A model generated the notes under the pieces. That model was not told where the DNA came from and did not search any database. It saw only the letters and a list, made by a program, of their open reading frames with translations. A stretch of DNA of 64,000 bases from Octopus bimaculoides (lineage: Eukaryota), in the NCBI RefSeq assembly GCF_001194135.2, contig NC_068984.1, positions 29,734,800 to 29,798,799 of the forward strand. The letters run 5' to 3'. The position numbers and the translations under genes were made by a program. Below are positions 49,025-62,721 of this stretch, piece by piece (positions within the stretch are counted from its first letter, which is position 1; each line of letters opens with the position of its first letter).

Positions 49025-49704
49025 AGAATAAATATTAAAAATTAAATAATTTTGATGATTAAGATGAATTAAGCTGAAAAATAAAGTTAAAAACTGAATT
49101 AAAGAATAAATTAAGAAATGAAAAATTAAAAGGTGACTGAAAACAAAAACGTTAATTAGAAATAATTACAGAACTTTAAAAAACTGAAATAACAATTATA
49201 ACACCAACTACAGTATAATAATAATAGTAAATAGTAACAATAATTATAATTAATAATAATAATAATTAAAAAAGTGAAGATAACGAAAATAATTCGATAA
49301 AATAATTTCATAAATAATTTGATAAAATGAATTATTAGAGTAACTACAAAATAATACTAGTTGGGTGAAATATACTAAATACACTAGACCGTAAAAGGCA
49401 GACTCAACCTATTATGTTAGACTACACAAATCAGTACGCCATTTAACTGGGGAGGTCTTCAAAATTTTTTTCTAAATAAATGTGTAGATCTTAGCATTAA
49501 TTCATTCCTTTAAAGATTGTCAGTGCCTCCAGAAAGTATAACTCTCATTTTAGTTTACCCGAACACTAACCTCTGGATATTCTTATAGGAACTTTATAGC
49601 AAGAAGATGTTGCCCACTAATCCCAAACCACATACATACATATATACATACATACATACATACATACATACATGCATGCATGCATACATACATACATACA
49701 CACG

Positions 49705-49940
49705 TGTGTTCTTCAGTAAGACACTTAATTTCACGTTACTTCAGTTCACTCAGTTGCAGAAATGATTTGCGACGTCACTGGTGCCATGCTGTATCAGCTT
49801 TTGCCTTTTCTTTAGATAACATTGGAAACGTGGTGACTGGTATGCATGTGAGACTATTGGCCTTCCATAAACAACATTACCCGAACTTTTGCTTCGGAGG
49901 GTAACGTTCTAGGTGCAATCCCATTGTCATTCATGACATA
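49705..49940 (+). mobile_element. CORE-like SINE remnant
   Basis: agtaagacacttaatttcacgttacttcagttcactcagttgcagaaatg resembles the CORE consensus gcaagtcacttaacctctctgtgcctcagtttcctcatctgtaaaatg (recalled from memory). Confidence 0.4.
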
Positions 49941-50832
49941 TAAATTGCAATGTCTGTTGTAGGTTTTGAGTAGACCAAGTTCGTTCCTTATCAGTTTGAC
50001 ATAGGATCAGAAACATCCTCTTCATGAGCATCTCACTTTCTTAATAAAGTATTATTCAAATGTATTCTGTAAGGGGGTAGGGTAAAATGTGAGGCAATGT
50101 CAACTGTTATATCATGTACACCGATGGCCCATAGCTATCGAAGCTATGTTGTATATAGTTACCCTCAGCATTGAAAGATGACGAAGAAATAGTCTTTATA
50201 GCATTAACTTTATGTTCATTCTCTAATATCTGATTTAAGAAAACTGAATCTTTTGGGGACAGATGACAAGCAAAATGATAGAGTACTGTTCTGAGGACAG
50301 TAGAGATATTGGTGTCTCTTGTTTATCTTATTACGTCATACACAACTTTTTCTTGTCTTTACCATTGTTTTGTTTTCTTCTGTTTGTCTGTTTGCCTATC
50401 TCTCTGTCTGTCTCTCCCTCTCTCGCTTTTTCTCGCCACAAACACATATAATATTTATCAGTAGTATAAATTTAGCTAGTATAGAGCCAAAAGTTACCGG
50501 ATGATTTCGTAAATAATTCATCTTCCCAACAAGGAAAGAATAATTAAATACTCATCAGATATGGACGATCGAAAATGTTTAGCACGAGTTATTTTGTACT
50601 GGAAACAGAAAACAAAATTACCGTTCTACAAATTAAAGAGTCTTTGATTGCCACAAAACCTGAACGAAAAATACACGCGAAAAATTACAGAACGGAATAG
50701 GTTACGAATTCAGACCTTCCAGAGGTATATCACTTAGATTGGTTACACTTGTGTGCTGGTGTAAATTAGAAACTGTTTTGCATGTATTTGCGCTTCTATC
50801 ATGAAAGTAGGACGTGTAGATGAGGGACGTAG

Positions 50833-50841
<9 letters not shown>

Positions 50842-50930
<89 letters not shown>

Positions 50931-50960
50931 CAGAGAGAGCGACAGAGAGAAAGAAAGAGT
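50842..50960. repeat. (GA)n microsatellite
   Basis: Direct inspection. Confidence 0.95.
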
Positions 50961-51445
50961 GAGAAAAAGAGAGAGATATGAGAGGAAAGAGGTGGAAGTT
51001 AAATAGCTAATTTGGGGATGTGTGATATATGTAGGGATGCGTCTGTTAGGCATGGGAAAAACGTTTTTATTGCTAATGAAAAAACAAGGTGGTGAAAGGA
51101 GAGAAAAATAGAGACGAAGAAATGGAGATAGGTAAAAGGGAAGACAGAAAAGATATGCACATAATTGGGAGGTCGTGGGGAGCAAAGTGTGTGAAAGAGT
51201 GCATGCAAGAAACGATCTATAAAAGAAGAGATGAAAAAATTCTCAAAAAATGTGTCAAAACTTCAGCACTTACTGCTAAGTTGGACTTGACCAATGAGTC
51301 AAAATGCAGTTATAAGCATAAGGGCAAGGGTAAAACAATTCACTTTAGAGTAAAGGAAGGCCCTGGATGAAAGGAATGTTGTAAAGTATATATTCCTGAT
51401 GCTTTAACAATTTTGCAAATTCCGCGGTCTTAATGAAAAGCAGTT

Positions 51446-51648
51446 GTACGAAGCCAGAAATTGTGTGGGGAAATTTTGAGGGATAAATTTTGATTATATT
51501 CATTCCAGGAACTGATTGTTTTTTTATCCTATCACTCCTGTAAAATGGCAGGTAAATTCGACTTCGGGTGTCTTGAACTCAGAACCTAATAAGCCGTAAC
51601 TAAATAACACAAAGCATTTTGTCCGAAGCTTTCGCGATTCTGCCAATC
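51446..51648 (-). mobile_element. SINE A, strongly diverged
   Basis: ggcaggtaaattcgacttcggg...ttgaactcagaacc...aagcattttgtccga...gattctgcca. Confidence 0.6.
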
Positions 51649-51987
51649 CCTTTATTAATTGATAGAATAATTTGTATCTCATTCTCTATTCTTCTTCCAT
51701 TTTCTTGTTATGCACTCGTCTGTAAACCTCGCCCCTGTCTCTTCTCTTCGCTCTTTACGAATAATATGTTGTACTCTACACAAAAATAGTACTCGCCCAA
51801 TACTTCAGCACTAAATCAATTAGACAAGAATTGTACCTCGGTATATCACACAATTATCAGAATTACTTCACTTCAAAGGTAAAAGTGAAAAATTCTATAT
51901 ATTCAAATCAGAAATATTTCATATAACATAGCCAACTGGGAAAACTCATAGAAATATATATATATATATATAAATATNNNNNNNNNN

Positions 51988-52019
<32 letters not shown>

Positions 52020-52679
52020 TCGTTCGCACTTATTTATGTGTTATTATCTGTATGTGTATGGATAGGTATATGTATGCATGTGTATATGTATATATGTATG
52101 TAGGTACATATGTGTATATTTGACAAAATACGCTTACGTGTCTAGTGCTTTGTTGTTGGGAGCTATAATGTTAATATACTCGATTTTATTAAGGCAAACT
52201 ATTTAGAAATTCTATATATAGTTCTTGTGAAAAGTCGGTTTATGTGAATATATTTACTACGCTATTTTATACTTCTTGTCACAGCCATATAACTATTGTA
52301 TGGTATAAACACTCACAGATTTGTATCATAGCCATACACATACAAATATTTATATGCATATAAGTAAAAGCTTTTAATCAAGATGAAAAAAATGCCAATG
52401 AAGTCTTTATTTTCAATGAATACCTTGGGAATAAGCGATGTGACCATGTAAAGCTTGGAGGTTAAACTGAAGAAATATTTAAGAGGAAATGTTAAGTCCA
52501 ACTAAAAGCCAAAATATTATATTGCCGATTGGCTTTGATTATTCATGCCTGAAATGAAAACAGATTTATTGAATAAAACGTCTGTAGTAAATACATAAAT
52601 AATGCTTGGAAAATATTGCCAGAAAAGAAATATGTATACACAATGACACATATCACATATAGACTACAAGGTGTTCTTA

Positions 52680-53000
52680 TACATATATATATATATACAT
52701 CCAATACAAATACATAATAAATACATGCATATATACATATAAGCATATGTATATATATATATGTGTGTGTGTGTGTATATCATAAATATATATGCATACA
52801 TACATATATATGTGTGTACATGTGTGTATATGTGTATATATATGTATATATGTATACATATGTATATATATATGTATATATATGTGTGTATATATATGTA
52901 TATATATATACATATATGTATATATCTGCATATATATATATGTATATATATGCATATATATATATATGTGCATATATATATATATGCATATATATAATAA
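52680..53000. repeat. low-complexity (TA/CA/TG) tract
   Basis: Direct inspection; it explains several spurious I/Y/H ORFs. Confidence 0.9.
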
Positions 53001-53981
53001 TATTAGGGACAAAATCCAAAATTACAGGTAAAAAACTCAATTAAAATCAATTTATAAAAAATTAAAATTAAATTGAGCCTTATAGATAAAGTATATATAA
53101 AATATATAGTTTTAGGGAAAATAACCAATTTTCAAGAACTCGTCGATGAAAATCCACTATCACATATAGAAAAATTAATAATTAAAAGCACAATAAATGA
53201 GTATAATATAAAGTAAAGTAAATATCATAAGATAAATATAATATAATATAATATATATTATATTATAGTATATTANNNNNNNNNNNNNNNNNNNNNNNNN
53301 NNNNNNNNNNNNNNNNNNNNNNNNNNNNNNNNNNNNNNNNNNNNNNNNNNNNNNNNNNNNNNNNNNNNNNNNNNNNNNNNNNNNNNNNNNNNNNNNNNNN
53401 NNNNNNNNNNNNNNNNNNNNNNNNNNNNNNNNNNNNNNNNNNNNNNNNTATATATATATATATATATATATATGATTTACATAAATATTTTCCGTTATAT
53501 AACATAAATGAGCGGCGGCTACATGCACGTTTCGCCCTGATGACCCGTTTAGAGTGTGACAAAGGAAAAACGATGAAAGGTTCTTAGTACTTGCAACAGA
53601 TGCTCCAGGGATGCGCCGAGGTTGGGACAGGGACAGGGACATGTGAGCTTAACTATAAGGATAGCATTATTATCTTCGAATTCTCAGCAGGAGACGAAAC
53701 ATTCGAAATGATAGATGAACAATGTGGTATTCCTGTGTGTATGTAAACGTGTGCATATATAAGTTACAATTTTTGTGAATGTTAGGAATGGTATATGAAT
53801 ATTAGCGTGTTAGAAATATAATTGAGCCAAATGGGACCGTTTTATCTGAATTATCTACACAAACAATTTCACATTGAACTGAATGATCACTCAATAGCTT
53901 TTAGCAGAGTATATGTTTATTTTTTTTTTACAAAATGTGATGACGGTGACTTCGAAGTGTCAGTGTGCGCTCCGTTATCAA

Positions 53982-54196
53982 GGCGGTGAGCTAGCAGAAA
54001 CGTTAGCACGCCGGGCGAAATGCATAACGGTATTTTGTCGGTCTTTACGTTGTAAGTTTAAATTCCACCAAGGTCGACTTTGCCTTTCATCCTTTCGGGG
54101 TCGATAAAATAAGTACCAGTTGCGAACTGGGGTCGATCTAATCGACTGATCCCCTCCCCTAAAATTTTGGGCCCTGTGCCTAGAATAGAAAAGAAT
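53982..54196 (+). mobile_element. SINE A2, full-length
   Basis: ggcggtgagctagcagaaacgttagcacgccgggcg...core...cccctcccctaaaattttgggccctgtgcctagaatagaaaagaat. Confidence 0.92.
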
Positions 54197-54615
54197 TCGC
54201 GCGCCGTGATTAGACTGTCCGATGGCAGAAAGCAAGACGAGACATAGAGTCACTCTACAAGATATAAAATATAAATCAGCGGAAGACGTATGCTATAGAA
54301 TTGGAGGAAACCTTGAAACATAAATAAAAAGAAACACGAATGCAAACCATTTTTCACTCTGCGACAATGTTTTAAAGTACGCACAAAGACTGGTAATACC
54401 AACTACACTACAGAAACGGATATTACATGAATTTGATAGTCTACACCCGGGGATGCAATAAACGAAATCTTTTGTTGAGGAGTTACGTGTATTGGCCGAC
54501 AATACACCGGGACATTGAAAATTTGGTAAAATCATATAGACGTTGTGCGCTAGCAGCCAAGGCACCACCGGTGAAATACCAATCGTGGCCTGAGACGGAT
54601 AGTCCGTGGTCCTAG
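54197..54615 (+). mobile_element. Ty3/Gypsy LTR-retrotransposon integrase zinc-binding domain fragment
   Basis: FSLCDNVLKYAQRLVIPTTLQKRILHEFDSLHPGMQ*/LLRSYVYWPTIHRDIENLVKSYRRCALAAKAPPVKYQSWPETDSPWS: HHCC-type region and the WP...PW start of the core. Confidence 0.85.
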
Positions 54616-54639
54616 AAACATATAGACTACCTGGACCTG

Positions 54640-54755
54640 TCTTTGTAAGACTAGTACTTATTCTATCGATCTCTTTCTGCCGAACCGCTATATTACGGGG
54701 ACGTAAATACACCAGCATCTGTTGTCAAGCGATGTTGGGGGGGGGGGACAAACAG

Positions 54756-54760
<5 letters not shown>
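54640..54760 (-). mobile_element. SINE family C fragment followed by (CA)n(TA)n
   Basis: tagtacttattctatcgatctc...gccgaaccgctatattacggggacgtaaatacaccagcatctgttgtcaagcg, reverse complement of the 8810-8900 type. Confidence 0.8.
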
Positions 54761-54833
<73 letters not shown>

Positions 54834-54960
54834 ATATACATGCAAACATACTTATATATATATGTACATAATAAATGTGAATGTATTTCTTAATATAGTT
54901 ATATGTTTATATATATCTAAATCTATATATCTACGCTTACATACACACACATACACAGCA

Positions 54961-55051
<91 letters not shown>

Positions 55052-55509
55052 ACAATAAAATAATGTAGGCATGCGTATACACACATAGACGCTCTTAAAA
55101 AAATCCCGTATACAGTTATAAAACACTTTGTTATATCAAACCTATTTCCCAGGGGGCAGTCATCTAATCAGTCAGTTTATAGAAACATAATTATTTTTTT
55201 ACAATATTAAGAAATCTTACTGAGCTTAATCTCGTACTCTTTCTATGCTTACTGCAGTTAGGTTATGAAAAAAATATACCTTTAGATTTAAATATACCTT
55301 TTAAATTTGAATATTGAATAACAGTATTACATATTTCCTTCACTTTCGGTCTACGTATCTACGAACCAACAAAATTCCTTCTACCCAGTCACATTTAACG
55401 TGTATATGTGTATGGTGTGAGTGTGTAAGTGTGTGTGCGTGCGTCTGTGTGCGTGGGTGTGTGCGTGTTTGCGTGTTTAAAAGGAAGAACGGAAAATGGA
55501 TAGAATAAA

Positions 55510-55615
55510 GGTTGGCCACTTACTTTTATCGTTGGTAAGCAAACCGGAACCTCTGCGGAACTTGCTACTTAAGGAAGATGATTTTCTTTTTGATACAACT
55601 GGAGATCAAGAACAA
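55510..55615 (+). mobile_element. possible Gypsy RT-RNaseH linker remnant
   Basis: LSLVSKPEPLRNLLLKEDDFLFDTTGDQEQ resembles LS..xxPLRxLLKKDxxFxWxxxQExAF. Short. Confidence 0.3.
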
Positions 55616-56209
55616 ACCCTAACACATAGGCATTTTAAATCACGTGAGTTAACGGCCTTCCAACTAAGTGTATATATGCAGTTGCGCATACAAGTCTATT
55701 TATATGGGCATGTAAACGTGAAAGTATATAGCATAATGTTCTTAGAATCTACACTGCATTTTTCTTCCATCATCTTCCATTTTATTTATTTGAAGTTAGT
55801 TTAACATCTTCAAACCTTGGAGAGCTACTCATGTAGCAAAAGCGTTGTATCATATAAATTAAGTAGAGTCACCCATTTATTATAAACTACAATCAAGACT
55901 TAGAATTACTGCATCGACAAGTAACGGCAAAATTTTCTTTATCTGAAAAGAGTGTCTTGCTTGTACGTTTGCGGCAGTGAAATACCGCTACTTCTTTAGA
56001 TTCAGTGATCTTGCTTTGAAAGGTAGAAAGTAGGTTTAGCAAATATGGGAGCAGTTTCGATTCCCCAGCGTATAAGTGTATGTGCTAGAATCTTCAGGTT
56101 GTCAGTCTGGTATATGCTTCTGTCATTGTAAGAGCCCATGACAAAGAAAAGAAGGGAACGCGAAGATAGTGATGCATGATAAAGATTCAACCAACCACCA
56201 TATATGTAT

Positions 56210-56382
56210 GGCGCAGGATGGCTACTGGCGCACGAGTGGGTATGTGGTAAGAAGCTTGGTTCCGAACCACATGGTTCCGAGTTCAGTCCCACTGCGTGGC
56301 ACCTTGAACGAGTGTCTTCTTCTATAGCCTCGGGTCTACCAAAGTCGTGTGAGTGAATTTGGTACGTGGAAACTGAAAGAAA
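56210..56382 (+). mobile_element. SINE family B with partially duplicated head
   Basis: ggcgcaggatggctact-ggcgcacgagtgggtatgtggtaagaagc...gagttcagtcccactgcgtggcaccttgaacgagtgtcttc...ggaaactgaaagaa, then (CA)n. Confidence 0.85.
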
Positions 56383-56386
56383 CACA

Positions 56387-56429
<43 letters not shown>

Positions 56430-57001
56430 NNNNNNNNNNNNNNNNNNNNNNNNNNNNNNNNNNNNNNNNNNNNNNNNNNNNNNNNNNNNNNNNNNNNNNN
56501 NNNNNNNNNNNNNNNNNNNNNNNNNNNNNNNNNNNNNNNNNNNNNNNNNNNNNNNNNNNNNNNNNNNNNNNNNNNNNNNNNNNNNNNNNNNNNNNNNNNN
56601 NNNNNNNNNNNNNNNNNNNNNNNNNNNNNNNNNNNNNNNNNNNNNNNNNNNNNNNNNNNNNNNNNNNNNNNNNNNNNNNNNNNNNNNNNNNNNNNNNNNN
56701 NNNNNNNNNNNNNNNNNNNNNNNNNNNNNNNNNNNNNNNNNNNNNNNNNNNNNNNNNNNNNNNNNNNNNNNNNNNNNNNNNNNNNNNNNNNNNNNNNNNN
56801 NNNNNNNNNNNNNNNNNNNNNNNNNNNNNNNNNNNNNNNNNNNNNNNNNNNNNNNNNNNNNNNNNNNNNNNNNNNNNNNNNNNNNNNNNNNNNNNNNNNN
56901 NNNNNNNNNNNNNNNNNNNNNNNNNNNNNNNNNNNNNNNNNNNNNNNNNNNNNNNNNNNNNNNNNNNNNNNNNNNNNNNNNNNNNNNNNNNNNNNNNNNN
57001 N

Positions 57002-57039
<38 letters not shown>

Positions 57040-59280
57040 TACATATAGATAATATTTTTAAATATTAATAATGATAGCACTTTTGAAAATATATGTTAAT
57101 ACAACATTATGAAGGTAATCCAAATTCGTGAAATTTCAACTGAACATCGGAAAAAATTTTAGCAGTTAAACGCTAACAAAATTAAACACCTAAATCAAAT
57201 ACAACTTAAGACATTCATTCATCCATGCAACCATTAGTGACGACATTGAATTATAATTTGAACTTTAAAAATAAAAAGGAAAATAGAAATAAGAAGAAAA
57301 ATAGAAATAGAGATAAATCCAAAATTGAATAAAAATAAAATATAAACGTATTTAAGAAAAGTGATTCAACTATTGGAGACTTTACTATGAAGTTACCAAT
57401 GATGAAATCCAAATAAAAGATTAAAAACCACAGTACTAATTCTGCAATATGACAATTTGAAATTTACATACAAAAATGCACTTAAACAATAACATTAAAA
57501 ATGTGTTTTTTTTAATATATAATTATTAATGACGTCGATAGATAAAACAGAATGAAAATTACAGACAAAAATCCAAATAAAAATTCAAATAAAAACTACG
57601 TATAAGAATTATACATTCTGCTTAACAGAAACTTAGATACTTTACGTTGCTATGATTAATTGCCTGTTTACTTATTATATTAAAGTGTTTTATATGAATT
57701 AACCTTATTATATAATAATTGAAACATTATTCTAATGAATAGTACATACAATTATTGATGACGTCGCTGGTTAATGACGTGTCAGCTGAAACCACAGTGG
57801 AAATGCATTAAAAGAGTCACGTGGCGTACATAGGCACACAATTCTGCGTTATGAAGGCTTCTATTTTTCTAGGTATTTATGGAATTCAATCAATAATAAG
57901 CTAAAAAATGTATATATCGAACAATCATATCGTTTCTTTAACTAGCATCATTTATCACACATCCAACAACGGATGAAAATATTATCAGTTTAAATTCACA
58001 TCATCAACCACACAATATAAATCTGATTCAACACTAATGAATCTACGATAGATTTTCTATATACAACAAAATTTTCATTTCTATTGGAACAATAGAAAAC
58101 TGGAGGTATAGACCAACCATTGTATCCCTATTTAGGAAACCAACGAAAAGATCACTATTTAGAAACATCTGCGATGTATCAATACCGTAGCTTAAACAGC
58201 GAATAGATTCTCTGAGTTAGTCATCCTGTTTATATGTTTACTGTTATCTGGATTAAATCAAAAACAAACTCCAGCGTTCATTCGCAAAGTCCTGTATTCT
58301 TTACGATCTACGACCATTTTACTATCTAACAATAAATTTTACTAGCAATGTCCAAGATTACCACATATCTTGATTTGCGGCTATACTGCAGAACACCAAA
58401 CTTACTCCTCATTCCTTTCTACATTGATTTAATATTCATTAATTCACATTCTGATATTGCGTCTTAAGCCATTTCTTGACCGGAACCAGATTTAAGACTA
58501 TTATTTTTTTATATCATCAACAATGCAATCTGAATTTATTAAATTGTCATGTGTTGGTATATTATGCATATTAATATCAATCTTATAATCTAGAATAAAC
58601 TATCAGATTGTTTAGATTTGTTAATTAGTCTAGCAGGGAATTCATATAACATATTAAAGTCAATATGAATTTAATAACTGCATACATAAATATATGTGTA
58701 CACATATAAATTTAATACCTACATTCATAAATATATTTGCACACCTGAACAATAATATAAGCCAGGTATTAAGATTACAAAATAATAAGAATTACGCAAC
58801 CATAAGCAAAGGTTGGTGGTAAAGTATGACACCTAAATGTGTATAGTAGCAACAGCTTAATATATCTGCGTGAAGCACTCCACCGAGAGCCGATGCGATA
58901 CAAATTTACTCGAAGTCAAAGAATATTATGTATACATATAAAAACGGAAGATATACGAGAGATGATAAGAAATTTCTTTATATAAACCAGCAGTTAAATC
59001 TTTCAGGTCGTCAGAAAGATCGCTTTAATGAAACTCTAGTCCCCGTTAGATATTCAGTGTTAGTAAATATATGCATATTCGTCTTGTTACATATTGAGTG
59101 ACTTTAGTTAACAAACTGTATCTTTTGTGTGTGTATGTTAATAAGCACATACACACACATGCACACACATATACATCGATGGATGTATATGCATATAGGT
59201 ACATATACACACATGCATATATATTAGACAGAAATTGAAAGAAGTCCACCACTAAATCTACTTTATTTTTAATCTCTCTG

Positions 59281-59395
59281 TTTATTTCCTCGTGTTCCTT
59301 TCTGTTGAAGAGCGGAGGCTCGAGTGTAAACTAATACACCTGCTTGGTGTTTTTACACCTCTCCTCGTCTTACGTTTTTCTGTAAATTTCAAATA
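59281..59395 (+). repeat. probable repeat remnant (possibly Penelope pLTR-derived)
   Basis: ctgttgaagagcggaggctcga contains a GAGC-ggag-GCTC mini-hairpin after TTGAAGA. Only one copy in the window; the family assignment is inference. Confidence 0.25.
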
Positions 59396-59415
59396 TATAT
59401 ATATATGTGTGTGTG

Positions 59416-59735
<320 letters not shown>

Positions 59736-60799
59736 AATATTATACATATATGTGAGTGTGTATTTGCATTTGTGTATATATATATATAGGCTGTTGAAAG
59801 CATGTGTATTTTTGAAAGTCTGAAGGAGCAAAGGTCTATCAGAACCTCTGAATCTCTTCGTGCTTACTCTCTCACTCTGCTCATTTAAAAATGAATAAAT
59901 AATATTCTATATTCTTTTCGCATTCTTCTAATTTGCATTCTTTTTCTGCAACCGCAACGAACAACGTAAAACCATAACTCAAAACTTCTATGACGTCAGA
60001 CGATTCCATTATTGCAAGTTATTTCGTTATATACTCTTAAATTAAATGCACAGCGAACAACGTCTGTATTGAAAAGCAAGCAATATCACCATGCTTTTAT
60101 AATATCCAATGCAAATATGCATGGATCATTGATAGATTTCATAACTTGACCCCAATAATCCACCACGACATTATTTTCATTTTATAATTATTACCGGAAT
60201 AGATAATATAGGTAAGAGGTAATCTCACTGGCGCCCAATTCTTTTTTTCTCAATCGACAGGAGTATTAGATTCAAAAGGAATACAATCTGGAAGAATGCC
60301 ACAGACGAATTATAGACGAGAGAATAATAATAAATGAAATATTAATCATGAGCTATTGTGTAGCGACGAAATGAAGCAAGGAAGCACATAAATGAACTTA
60401 GATATACAGATATCCTTCACGCAATAGTCTGTTCATACGATCAGTGTCCTATACTGTTCTTTTTTCACAAACACGTATACACAGCCAAACACAAAAAGAT
60501 ACATTACAGTCACATACATACAGATGCACACACAGACACAAAAACACTCATACACACACACATACGCGCGCACACAAGCACTTAAGTATATATATGTATA
60601 TATAAATGTATATAACAGAAACCAAATATAAATTCTGAAGTAGTTAAACCAGATTTTTAAACGTTATTAAACTCTCTTTCTATCTCCTTCTCTCACTCCC
60701 CCATTTTTCTCTCTGTGTACGTGTAAATACACACTCACATATATGTATAATATTATTGTCCACATAGTTTTATGGTTATACAGATATGTATATATATAT

Positions 60800-60980
60800 A
60801 AACGCCAGTGTTTTAATGGTGGCAGCTGATGAAGGATATGTTCTCTAGTGGACTGCTTGTTTTTTGTACCTTGTTTATCATTTTGTCCATGTTTTTCCAA
60901 CGTCATGTACCCAGACATGTATCTATATGTACATGTAGATGAAGGTATGTACATACATGTACATATATATGCATATACTC
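60800..60980 (+). repeat. dispersed repeat, copy 2 (inverted relative to 9110-9275)
   Basis: aaacgccagtgttttaatggtggcagctgatgaagg...catgtagatgaaggtatgtacata. Confidence 0.85.
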
Positions 60981-62155
60981 ATATATTGTTTATATATACA
61001 TATATATATATATACACACACGTGCACATATATTTACATGTAAATGTACACATATAAATACACACACATATACACATATATATATATATACACATGTATT
61101 AACATGTATATACATGTATATATGAGGATCTTACTTTGAAAACCGGTGTAAGTGCATATTTGTTCGATTTCAGGATAACCATTAAAGCACAGTCTTCAAG
61201 TAGCTGGCTTCACGCACGTGAAATTTTTTCAGTTATGCTGGGATAGATATCTTCCAATCAAAATCAGATATATTCAAGTTGTTGTTTTAAACAATTACTC
61301 AAAATTCATTCCGATGCATATATCTGGTTTTGAAATTAGAGAATGAATATGTGCATATGAGATGCGTACTTATTAAGTGTACGCATACATATATATATTC
61401 TTAAATAGTTGTGTATCCAATAAATCCTATATATTATCTACATATTCAGAGCGATATGGATGGAACTATGTTTCACAAATATGCATATTTATATGCAAAA
61501 TTATCAGTATATAGAATACAAATTCCATTTATAATATTTGATGGGAGTATAATCATTTTAGAAATGCTCGTATCCTTTTATAGAATAAATGCGGTCCCAT
61601 GTACCATTCTGTCAATTCCAACTCAATTCTAACTCGAACAGTGCTGTCGCGGCCTGTCAGAATAAAAGTCAAAGTGACCAAATTGTTCCCAAACGCACTC
61701 ATTCAGGTTTTGATCATTACTAACCCTGTGGAGATATACCAAACACCTGTCACCGTGCGATTGATGAATGTGACTATGAACTGATTCCACTGTGAAGATT
61801 GTCCTGCTGCTTTCATTTGGTAGTGGTGAGCTGGCAGCTTCCTCTGTATAGTGGCTGTGATAAAAGAATGGTTGGTTAAATTGCGAGAACTAGGAACGAA
61901 TACTTCCATCTTTGACGAAGTTCTCATCAACTTCTTCAAATATCTCTTGAAGTGGGAGGAGAGAGATCTGAGTAAGAGAAGTACTATGCTGTAATATATT
62001 CCAGCTTTGTTTTATTTGTTTTATTTTATAGCAAAAGAAGGCGCTTACCTTAGATTTAAGAAACATTTAGTTATCTCTCCATTTAATAGTATATATATAT
62101 TATATATCCTTATATTCTATATTTTACATTTTTTTATTTTATATGTTCATATATA

Positions 62156-62402
62156 TTGGGTTGGTGCATAATTATTGTGACTTTTTTCAACAAAGATTAT
62201 TCAACAAATACAATAACATGTAACAAAAACGTTTTTAAATGATTATTCCGGAGCATATTCACCATCTACTTGAATTACTGCTTCCCATTTGCTTGGCAGA
62301 CTGTCAGACCGTCATTTAAAGATGTTCTTGTTAAATATTGTTAATGTTTTTGTTGAATAAAATTTGTTGAAAAAATGCCGCAATAATTATGCACCAACCA
62401 AA
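62156..62402 (-). mobile_element. mariner-derived MITE with TA target duplication and transposase C-terminus
   Basis: ta|ttgggttggtgcataattattgtgacttttttcaacaaa ... tttgttgaaaaaatgccgcaataattatgcaccaaccaaa|ta. The internal minus strand reads DSLPSKWEAVIQVDGEYAPE*, like the mariner terminal LPxRWxxVIxxxGEY. Confidence 0.92.
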
Positions 62403-62474
62403 TATTTTTACTTGATGTAAAACACTAACTGTTACTGCAGACACTCCTTGTTATGTTATCCATTTATGTCCATT

Positions 62475-62668
62475 GTCTTTACGTCCTAAGTTCAAATTCT
62501 ATCGAGGTCATCTTTGACCTTCATCCTTTCTGCAGTCAATATAATCGATTTATCCCACCCACCAAATTGCTGACCCTGCGCCAAAATTTGAAATCATCAT
62601 TATTTGCCTTTCATCCTTTCGAGGTCGATAAAATAAGTACCAGTTGAACACTGGAGGAGATGTAATCC
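62475..62668 (+). mobile_element. two partial SINE A copies
   Basis: aagttcaaattctatcgagg...cttcatcctttc, then tttgcctttcatcctttcgaggtcgataaaataagtaccagttgaacactgg. Confidence 0.75.
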
Positions 62669-62721
62669 CCTGAGATGACCAGTTCCGAAATGGCTAGTAT
62701 TAAAATAGAAGTTGAAAACAT

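Noticed and set aside
51000-51370. 93-aa ORF next to a (GA)n tract
   Set aside because: Purine-biased low-complexity sequence with no domain motif.
53520-53570. acgtttcgccCTGATGAccc and, on the other strand, gggcGAAACgt as a hammerhead
   Set aside because: The two catalytic boxes are on opposite strands, and no stem II or stem I closes on either strand.
56035-56075. B-box-like gtttcgattcccc suggesting a tRNA
   Set aside because: No A-box or cloverleaf. The other tRNA-like segments in the window are SINE heads, not tRNA genes.
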